DNA of 55,390 bases from Klebsormidium nitens (Eukaryota > Plantae > Klebsormidiophyceae): positions 22,125 through 77,514 of the forward strand of contig DF237396.1 of the NCBI GenBank assembly GCA_000708835.1, written 5' to 3'. The notes beneath the pieces are model-generated. The model ran no database searches. It was not told the origin of the DNA and saw only the letters and a program-made list of their open reading frames with translations. The translations under genes were made by a program, and so were the position numbers. Shown piece after piece: positions 21,601-31,900 of this stretch. How positions within the stretch are numbered: position 1 is the first letter of the stretch; every line of letters begins with the position of its first letter.

Positions 21601-24600
21601 ATGCAGCGTCTCTATGAGCAGTGAGCCGCCCTAGTCCTTCCTCCTTCTTTCATTACCTCGCCCGTCTCCCTTGTTCCAATGTCAGGGGACCGTCGCGTCA
21701 TTTCTTTCATTGTCATTACCGGCTCTCTCCAGCGTTCACATTCCAGTTGCTGATTTGCTGAGATGGTGAAAGATTGACGGTTCGTTTTGATTGGTTTAAA
21801 AAACATCACAACTTCCGCTTCCTAGCTCCTGGTAATTCAGGCACCACAGTTGCAGCGTTACCATGGGATGTAAGGCCTTTGGATTCTGTTACTCACACCG
21901 CCGGAGCCTTACGTTTCTTGAGCAACTATTTTGCCGAGCCTTTTGTTTTGAAGGACCTAGTACGTCGCGACTTTACTTTTTCAAGCCGACAACCCAGTTT
22001 GTCGGTGAACATGAATCCTGTTTCCTGTCTTTTCTTAGGCTACTGAAACAAAGCCATCACAACCCCAACGCCTGTGCGTGTGTCTGTTCCGAATACCCAA
22101 TACGCCTAAGGCTTTGTCTAAACTCTGCCTGCGGTTCGCGCCATAACAAATCGTTGCTAAAGCTCTCATGCAACGCCAAAACGACCGTTCCACCATTTTC
22201 TCCCAGGTTACTGGAACAAAACGATCACCACCCCCAACGCCTGCGCGTGTGCCTGTTCCGAATACCGATACGCTCAAGACTACGACCGAACTCTGCGCCA
22301 TAACAACACGTTGCTGAAACTTTTCTGAAATACCAAATTGACCGTTCCACCTTTGCCCTCCTAGGTTACTGGAACAAGACGATCACCACCCCCAACGCCT
22401 GCGCGTGTGCGTGTTCCGAATACCAATACGCCCAGGGGTGTGACCAGACTTTGCCGGCGCTTCCCGGTGCGGCCGCCGCGATCGATCTCGGCCCGACGAC
22501 CGACAAGAAACCGGTCCAGTTTCCGGGGCAGATTCCATGCTCCGACGGCTGTACCACGAGTATTCACCTCGACCTATATCAGACGTTTAAGGGGGTGAGC
22601 CTTTTCACACCAGGCTTCGTGTCTGCCGGGGTTGCTTGACACCAGGACTCCTTTTGTGATGCGAAGCAGACGCTGTCCGTTGTGGGCAATCCGCAGCAAA
22701 GTCGTTGCCTTGCAGTGGGAAAAGCCGCCCGACAACTCAGCCGATGGATATGCGGCGGTTTGCCACGCGCGACGAAGGAATTCGCCTCTGCAAAAGAGGG
22801 CCAAAAGGTCCTCCTGTGAAGGCGTCGGCCTTTCTATCGTGCACGAAGCCCCCTGTTCTAAACATTCTGTCCGGGGAACACGAGCCTGTTCACACCAGTA
22901 TCGTTTCCTTACTGCACGTCACCCTGTGGGTCTAATCGTTTTTGACGCAGAGAGCAGCACGCCCTTGCATCCGGTCCCTCTCCTTTTGTTTAACGTACCC
23001 CTCAAATCTTGCACACCTACAAATTCTCCCCAATCAGAGCTTGACACGTGTCGTTCGTCTACTTGTCCAGGGCTGGGTGATGAAGGTTATGCTGGCCAAC
23101 CCAGGCCCGCAGACGGTGCGCGACTGGCTGCTCGTGCTGCAGTTCCCGTACCTAAGCAACCTGGAGAACGTCTTCTCGGTCAACAACCTGGCCGACACCG
23201 GTGAGTGCGCCGCGGAAGCTTTAGAGGTTCCGCATTGTGACTGTTTTTTTGCCCTTGTAAGCCGTCTCTTGATTTTCTCTTTTCGGGATTAATAATATGA
23301 TGCAGAATACGTTTCTTGTCAGGGGAAGGTCTCGCATTACTTCCTTCCGAAAGCACCCGTTTCTTTCGATCCTCGTATTGCTTGGGTCCGTTTTCAGAAG
23401 TGCCACCGGAACGGAATCCACTGCTCCTCGTCGTTCTCTTACACTTTTCGTCATTTTCGAGACTGCGGCCGTGCCATCGAAGACCAATCCTGTCTAACAG
23501 CGTCCGGATTTCTCGCTACCTGGCAAGTCCCGCGCCGTGTGCTCGATAGCTTCTCAGAGCAACCGATGCGTTTTGAAGGCTTCCTATTCGCGAACTGCAG
23601 GCACACCATTACATTTCAGCTCAGGTGTCATGTCCGGCCAGTTTAGAAGCAAGCGTTGCCAAGGCGTTCAGTGTGGGCACACCCTCTTTAAAAGGTCTGG
23701 CTGATTGAGAATCCCCCGCATTCTCGGTCGAACCCTGCGATACCGAGGGAGCTTTTGACGTTCACCAGGCGCCGTAAGTGGTCCTTCAAACAACGAAAAC
23801 TTCCACCTTCCCACGAAAGAAAGTCTGACTGAAACAGACTCTGCTTTCGACCCCTGCAGACAACGAGTTGCTGCTCTTTGGCTACTCGTACTACAACAAC
23901 TACCTGCTCGGAAACGGCGGGAACATTGGCGCTGAACTCCAGGTGCGGTCATCGCTTACACCTCTGGAACCTACAGCTTGTTGTTCTGTACCAATCAGAC
24001 TAGAACCATTGAAAATTTTCTTGAATCCGCCCCTCAGCTTCTATCCCCAGCATGTTGTGTCCAGATTGGAAATCTCCATAAGAGGGGTTGCTTTCAGCTA
24101 TCTACAGTAGCGAGCGTAAGCAAAAGTATGCGTTTTGCGGGGTTAGTCTGGTTCGTTATTGTCCCTCCTATCAGTGCTGTTGGGCGGCGTCCCTTTTTGA
24201 GGAATTCATCTCAACATCTTTGTTCGCTGGGCTTACTTGTTAACCTGAATACACGGTTGACAAAATACATTGGACGAAGAAAACACTAATCATCTGGAGC
24301 TCGAGACCTACGCCTCCTTATATCAAGTTGTTCAGAAGCGTTGGAAGTATACTTACAAAGACGGCGCACGCAGGACGAGGCACGGAAACCTTATATTGGT
24401 CAAACCTTCCGGTTCTTGTTGCTTTCCTCCAGTTCAACGACTCGGGCATCCCCGGGGGAACGGCCAAGCACGTGCCGATTGGCGTCTTCCCGACTCAGGT
24501 CCTTTTCATGGGCGAAAAGTGCGCTATGCCCGCTCAACTTCCATGGAGCTCGGACGGCGACCGATTCAGAGTTTCAACAGTGCTCCTTGTCGCCTTCCTA

Positions 24601-24624
24601 TTTGCCCTCCCACTGGTCATATAA
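15636..24624 (+). CDS. COBL: COBRA-like GPI-anchored protein (COBL7-type architecture with N-terminal extension)
   Basis: Exons 15636-15729 (signal peptide), 16111-16643, 17115-17232, 17835-18089, 18531-18605, 19068-19141, 19704-19789, 20301-20432, 20945-21168, 21549-21620, 22365-22594, 23071-23200, 23860-23942, 24433-24624. COBRA motifs: QITWDVL, EVIWSISGG...GDC, QNGTLP, YLSPPQNWSIG..YLCGEP, SCSVSMSSYWNK..NACACAC, PCSDGC, ENVFSVN, FPTQVLFMGEKCAMP, plus a hydrophobic GPI-type tail. Confidence 0.92.
22039..22364 (+). repeat. Two decayed tandem copies of acceptor plus start of COBRA exon 22365-22594
   Basis: AG|gctactgaaac (22039, W codon changed to TGA) and AG|gttactggaac (22207, GYWNKTITTPNACACACSEYRY..., later stop) precede the intact copy at 22365. 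Spacing is 168 and 158 bp. Confidence 0.92.
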
Positions 24625-24907
24625 GACACCATATAAGTGCTGCTTAAGTTCTAGGGTTTGGAGTCGACTTCTAGGTTGGTTTCGTTAAACGGTTTTGCTG
24701 AACGAAATGGAGGTTTTGGGTTTCGATACAATCCCATCCGCTGCACGTCGTCTTCGTGCGAGGGTTAGCACGAAGTTAACAGGCTCGCGCAAGTTATACT
24801 TGATGGCCAATGGTTACGTACGATGGACTCAGGAGCTCGGACTCAATGATGTAGATCGTCGATCAACCTTGTGTGCGAAAAGAGTCCGCTTTTGGCTCAG
24901 CCCAAAC

Positions 24908-24981
24908 TAGTTACGGCACTGCACTGTCTCATTCTGGCTACCTTTTCAAAATGTAGCCAGAATGAGACAGTGCCGTAACTA
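24908..24981. mobile_element. Fold-back hairpin / miniature inverted-repeat element flanked by TA
   Basis: gttacggcactg(cactg)tctcattctggctac - cttttcaaaat - gtagccagaatgagacagtgccgtaac. The arms are perfectly complementary apart from a 5-nt duplication in the left arm. Flanks c-TA...TA-g are consistent with insertion into CTAG. Confidence 0.65.
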
Positions 24982-25962
24982 GAATGCTGAGTTTTGAATC
25001 AGCGAAACTCATATATCTAGCAGTTTGTGTTCAATTGTATTCAATATAGTTGCAGCTTCAGTACGCGGTTGGCCGCTGCAAGGCCTTTCACGCGCCTGAG
25101 AGAATGCTACCGGCCGCGCGCATGGTCGCTTGCAGCTTGCAATGTAAAAATTGGCGGCCATGATGGCATCATTGGTGTACCGCGTCCGACACTCTGGCTT
25201 GACCGTGCAATGCAAGTAACTCATGCTAGAGCTAGTTGAGCACCGACGACACTACTGTACCGGGCGGCCCCGGCCATCGACTAGTGGAGCGGCTCAGTGA
25301 GGATCTCTTCGACTTGCCCATGATGACGGTCACATATGTGCCGCGCTGGCCCGCCGCCGCACCATGACACGATCAGTGCAGATGCAATAAGAGATTGGTT
25401 TCTTGGTCCGTAGGTTCTCAGGTTGTCGAGGAGTTGTTGTAGAAACATGTTCTTGCGAACCGTCAGCACTAACACTGCTATGTACCCGCACTCCGCCCCA
25501 TGCCTTTGCAATACGCACGGGCTTTAAGAGAAGTGTCCATCAGTCAGTACGCGACGGTTTATATATGGAACAATGAACTAGCACACATGTACCATACTCA
25601 GCATTAGACGGTAAGTTCATTTCATGCCCTCTGTACAGGCTGGCCTGGCAATTGCGTCATGATCACATCTGCACGCATGCATGTAAAGGTACGGTCGCTC
25701 TGGGTAACGGCTCATGTCAGTTTGATCTCGGATCCATGCAACAATCGTTGTGAGCCGCGTCTAGGGCAGTGGTCTAGGTCCATGATGGCCGGTTTCCGAT
25801 GTATTTTAAGCGGCTTGTATAAACAAATAGGTAGGTACCCTTCTGAATTGGGCAATCGTCAGAGTCAGGTTCTTTGAGCCCTGCAAAAATTTGACGTATC
25901 CTTGCCAACAAGGGCATTAAGTATCAGATCGAGTCAAAGTGCCGCTCGTGCTCCCTTCTTTC

Positions 25963-28900
25963 TTATTGCCACATCTTCTCCCTCAGAACTAGCTCCACCG
26001 GCTTGTTCGTCTGCGCCGCAATTGCAGCCGCCTGCGTCGCTATGAACTGCTTGCGAACCTGCCCTCCATTCCGCACTCTCTGCGCCCCCGCCGCCATTCC
26101 GCCGGACTGGCCTTTCGAGAACGCGGGCCTCGCACCTTTCACCTTAGCATCTCCTGCCAACGGCGCTGAACCCGGTCCGGCATCAATCCGGTTCGGTTTC
26201 AGGCCGGCCAAAGGCGCCCTGGAAGCGTCATACGCGTCCCCCTGCTTCGCAGCGACCGTCGAGCCCCTGCTCCCGCTTCTATCGTCGCCCGAATCCTCTG
26301 ACTGGTTGCCGTACGGCTGGTTGGGATCTCCGCCCAAGGCCCTGTACACGCTTCCCCTTCTCTCCTCCAAAAACGCACCGCTTACGGGGCCGGGGTTTGC
26401 TGAAGTGGGGGCTGTTCGATACACGCTCCCACGCCGTTCTTCCTCGAAGCCCGCCGCCCCAAACCCGGGGTTTTGCATCAAACCAGGCTGTAAATTTGGC
26501 GCACTAACTGGCGGCCGTGCGCTGGTTGGCCGCACTCGAAGCGGGGTCCCGATAGTCGGTCCCGTTACCGCGACGTTAAACCTCGACGCAACGACTCTCG
26601 GGGCCCTGTTCACGGTCGGGGGGGGCCTTCCCGGGTCATTCTGACCCCCCTGGTGCGCTTCTGCGGTCTCTGACCAGGGGGGAAGCCGCCGGTCTCCGGG
26701 CTGCTGATTATACGGACGGCTATTCACACTGGCTCCCATTCCCCCTCGCGAATCGCCCCTGCCCCAGTCGCCGAGACTCACGCTCGCGTCGACCGTGGTC
26801 GAATCAGACCCGGTGTGAATAGCCCCTCTGCCGGTGATTCCAAACGCCTCAGCCCCGCCTGACGTGCCAATCGTCATCCCGGCGGTTTCCCTTAACCCGG
26901 CTTCCCTAAACCCAGTTTCTCTTAACCCGGAATGAGCATTCTCCCGGTGGAAGTCCGGCCTTGGCAGACCGGGGGGCTTAGCGGCTGACGTCGGCAAGTC
27001 GCCGGCGGAGGGTTTAGGGTTTTGCTTCCCGAGCGGCGAGGTCTCCTGGCGCGCGCTTTCGATCAGCGCCTTCCGTTCCGCGATCGCCGCTTGCGCCGCC
27101 GCCATCGCCGCAGTCACGCGATCCGACGTAGAATGCGGCTCCTGGTACGGCCTCTCCGCCCCGGACTGGTGACCCGTTTCATGACGACGGTCCGATTCTG
27201 AAGCCCTGTAATCGCCACCCCCATGAAGCGCGCTACTGCTGTTGCCCCGCCCACCTTCCTGCCTCTCGTGGTACGTGGCTTGAGAATATGGTCCCCGGTC
27301 GAGGCCACCGCCGGTGTCTCGCGAGCCCGTTTCTAAACGCGGGTTGGCGGGGGCCCTGTTGCCGGCCAGGCGCAGCATGTGCAGCTCGTTTTGCGCAGCT
27401 TCGACGGCGGCGCGGGCCTCCAACAGGGCCCGCCGTTCGGCCAGAAGCTGCGCCTCCAGCTCTGCTTCCCTGGTCTCCTTGATGCGCACCTGTCAAGGAA
27501 AGTTGGATATTCGCTTAGAAGAGACTTGCTCTCTGTGGGCGTGGGCTACTTTCCAGCGAATAGAGAGGTGTTTAGTCGTTGGATCAAGCTCGAGCATGTG
27601 TTGTCAGGGCTATTCGACCAGGCCTGCCGTTTCAATCCGTTCGAATGATTTCAAACATTAGGTACAAGGGGGTTGACACGAGAAAGGAAACCTTTGCTCT
27701 GTCGTGGCTGCGAGAACGTCAATCCTTAAAGAGGGCGTCTGCGGATGCATCCGCATGACGTCATATGGCGACTGCACAGATTGGCGCTCGCGGCGCTTTG
27801 TCGCTAGAAATCAAAGTGGCAGCAGCATTCCCCGTGCCTGATTTTCTGCTTAGGCGTGACCGGTGCTGACGTTTTGGGCCGCCGGGGTACGACGCCCTCT
27901 TTAAAGGAGGCTTTGTGCCACATCCGACATTCGGCGACATGAGGGCACGTACAGAGCTGTTTCAATTGCCCACTCCTTACGACGACGTCCTTCAAAAACA
28001 GTGACTGCTTTTTGAGCCCGGGAAGAAAACAGACATGTTGGACATGCAGATTGGTTATCTCCCCCGTTTCTTCGGCTCCTCCGTGCCCGCAGTCTAGGAC
28101 CATAAACGAAACCTATTTAACGAACCACTCTCTACTTACCAGGTTAGAACCCATTTTCAAACCTGTCCTAAGTCTCACCTTCTCGCTGAGCGTGGCGCAC
28201 AGTTTGTCCTTGATCTGCAGCCGCCCCTCGACCGCGCGCACGCCCTCTTGCAGCTGCTTCAGGGCCTCCTCCCGCGCCTTGGCTTCCTGCTTGGCGGAGG
28301 CAACCTGCGAGGGGCGGTACGGACCGGCTGAGACAACTAGGTTGTGGAGGAACGCTCTTCGACCAAAGTCAATGCTCGGATGCCGTGCACGGAAAGCCAC
28401 AACAAGAAATGCTGGGGAGAAAACTTATCAACCAAAAAACCTCTGACTTGCTTCGACTGACTCATTGAACGCACGGCCTGCCAAGTGTGCTGTGGAAGTA
28501 GTTGAAAGCCTTCAACTGTGTTGGATTAAGTTTCAAGCACTGATGTCCTTACTTCGTACCACCAAAATGAAACTATCATGAGCCCTTTCGAGAGATGAAC
28601 GCGCAGGTCACCATGCTACCAAACCAGTGCTGTTCAATTTCACAATACCAGAACGACCTACTATGCACCCTAAAGACTTATACTGTAGAATCCCGCGCTC
28701 TGGCCAAACGAAACGCCCTATTCATGCCGCGCACCCACCAGCTTGCTTGGCGTTTTACAACCAATCCCTTTCCCACTTTAAACTATCAAAACAAACCTAT
28801 CATAAATCAGAAGCGCGCATCCTCGCGCGCTGGCAACCACGAAAGGCCCTGTTAGAGCGGGCGCACTTACCAGCTGCTTGTACTTGAAGAGCTCGTTGCC

Positions 28901-31900
28901 GTCGACCTGCCGCTTGGCGGGGCCCAGCTCGATCCCCCGCACGCGGCTGGCGAACTGTAAGCTGCAGAGGGACTCCCCGGCGTCCGATTCGGCGGGGCTG
29001 ATCTGGACAAACATGAGCGCCTTGGAGTCTCCGCCCAACGAGTCTTGCAGCAAGTGCGTCAGCTTGGAGTTCCTGGAGTGGGGGGGAGGATAATAAATTC
29101 TTGAGGAGCGGAAATGGGGCGTCCAAGGGTGGTGTTCTGGTCATGTCCGTACACTCACTCAAGTCAAAGTTGCCGTCAGAGCTTGGTTCGTAGTTGGAAA
29201 TAAATGAGCGCCTTGGAGTCTCTGTCCAGCGAGTCTTGCAGCAAGTACGTCAGCTTGGAGTTCCTGTGAGCACAGGCGGAAGAAAGCAAGTGGTTGGAAC
29301 AGTGATTCCGAACGGTTGCTCTGGTTGCGGCTGGCTGCTGCTTAGCAAGCCTTGTAATCGGTGCGTCAAGCTCCGCCATCGTTGCGCCAAAATATGTCCA
29401 GATCTTCGCAATTAAAATATTTGTTGGCAAACGATCCAAGAATTGAATACCCGAATTGGGGAAACGGCACTCCGACGATGGAGTTTGATTCTGTAATGTA
29501 CCAACATAGCTTTTGTGGATCCCGCGTACTGCTGCAGATGTGCTTTCATGTCGGAATGGTACGCGGTGCAACAGTTGAGGAAACGAAAGCGCCAGCCGTA
29601 GGGTGCAGAAGCCCGATAAGCGAGCTAAAAAATCACTTTAAGCGAACACTCAGTGAAACGCATCTGCCATGAACGCTGTTTTCCTGTCCTGCTCTCTCGA
29701 CTCACCGGTAGAGGGTTGCGTCTTTGTTACCTCTTTCATCGCTCTCAAGGTCCGGACTCTCTCAAGCAGCGTCTACTAATCGGCCACGTCCAAGCCCTCA
29801 CCTGTACGGCACGTGCGCGCTCTTGGTGGTGAGCGCAGCGATGACGTCACCCAGCGCAGCCAGCGACTTGTTGATGCTCTGCGCCTCCTTGAGCCGGTCC
29901 CCGCTCGCCTCGCTCTTCCCCACGCGCTCGCTCCCGGCCAGGTCCACCAGCCACAGCCGCGACCGGGTGGTCTCACCGGTCACCTTGTTCTCGCACTTGA
30001 CTGAGATGCCAAGCATGCTGGCAAAAGAGGAAAAAAGGCAGAAGAAAAATGAGGTTGATTTGCGCGTTTCGTGAAAGGGGCAGGAAAGTCAAGCATCACA
30101 CCCCGTTCTAGTGATCGAATTTGACATAGTGAAGCAACGGATGGGTTCCTCGATTACCTTGTTTCCGCCTTTGACAGAGATGACAAACATACTGCGATGA
30201 GTTAACAAGGACTACATCCACCAGAGCGTGACGCAGGTGCTCGGAACTCTCACTAACCAAACAATACCTCTTAACTCTCACTATTAACTCAAAAATACCT
30301 CGTAACTGTCACTAACCGAACAATACCTCTTAACTCTCACTATCCAAACAATACCTCTTAACTCTCACCAACCAAACAATACCTCTTAATTAGAGAGTGA
30401 GACCTTAGGGGTGCGGTCTAGCGATATGGTCGAGATGATGAAAAAACCAAGACCGCTCGCTCCCGGCCAGGTTCACCAGCGAAAGCCGCGACCGAGTGGT
30501 CTCCCGGCTGTCCTTGTTCTCGACCTTGAGATCCAAGCATGCTGGCGAAAGGGGAAGAACAACGAAGGGTGAGCTTCGAAATTACGATTCGGTTGGCGAA
30601 TCTGAGAAGATAAGCCACGGGTTTGCGAGCAACTGGGAACGCCGCCTTTTGCGAACAGCCATTGCCTGCCGTCGGAAAGGCCATTTTTCAGTGTTAGAAA
30701 GGCGCCGCATGCCTCTTATAACCCTCAAAACCCTCCTCGAGTCCTCTCTGCGCATCGCCTTCCGCCATCCTTACTTCCTTTCAGTAAGCCTTACATAAGC
30801 TCGTCCACTTTTGCTTTTCGCTCCCTCTTTTGAAGGAGGACGTCGCAGAAACGGATGAAGGGAGCAACCTTCCCCGAGAAAGACCTCAGACTCAGTGCGT
30901 TCATGCACTCTGGGCGACCAACTCCCCGCTCACCAGTGCGACCTGCTGCTGTGCTCGTTGGCGTTGGTCGCCCCAACGCTCCGGCTGCGGCTGCCGCTCT
31001 GCAGCAGCTCCCACGCCTCGTCAGCACACGTCACGGGGTGCTCCGTCAGCCCCGGGACGTGGTTGCCCTGGTGCCCCTGCCGGATCTCCAACCTGAGCGG
31101 GATTTGATATGACGTCAGCTCAGCGTGTGCAACGTCAGCACACGTCACGACGTGCTCCATCAGCCCCGAGACATGGTTGCCCTGGTGCCCCTGCCGGACC
31201 TCCAGCCTGGTCGGGGGTGACGATGACGTCAGCTCAGCGTTGTGTAGCGCATGAAAACTGTGTGGGCCGTCCTCAAAAGGCTGGGGAGGTGGTGTGAGAG
31301 TTTCCAGCGGGGCGGCAAGGAAGACAATTGGGAGCTGTCTGCACAGATCCATGGGCGCCTTCTTTTCACAAGGCGTGGAAGCATTGCCTCTTCCGTCTAA
31401 CATGCGGACTGCATTATTTCAGATCTCTTGCCAGAGTAACACATCTACCCGGTAAGAATAACAAGATATTCCAATTTTCAGTTCCTGGTGCGAACTCCTC
31501 GTTTTACGCTTGCGGCGCAATTTCAGAAATGAAAGCAGCCTTCCGCCTTTAGCTTGTATTCTGCGTAACGGCTTTCACAAGCCCGACTTTGGCCGCTCAC
31601 TTTTTCTGCCCGCTCCCCGGCGCGGCCAGCAGGTCCCGGATCTGTTCGTTGTAGATCTCCAGCACGCTCACGCTGACGTCATAGCGCGCCTCGCCATGCC
31701 GCTGGCGCGCCAGCTGGAAGAGCTCGTCGATGGTGCGGTAGTTCACACCGCGGTTGGCGGGTGTGCCCTCCTGCGGTGTAAATGGGGCCGCCGATCAAAG
31801 TCGTGAGGGCCATGGCATTTACCAAACATACTGTCGCTCTTGTTCAGGAGAGGAAGGTAAAGGGGGAACAAGCGGAGTCCTTTGAGAAAGTCACAAGGAA

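Noticed and set aside
21835-21872. tgcagcgttaccatggga|gtaagg resembling the end of COBL exon 21549-21620 (possible mutually exclusive exon)
   Set aside because: The match is short, there is an in-frame stop upstream, and no phase-compatible acceptor exists.
30245-30389. 28-bp repeats considered as a CRISPR array
   Set aside because: Head-to-tail units without unique spacers, a eukaryotic intron context, and no cas genes.
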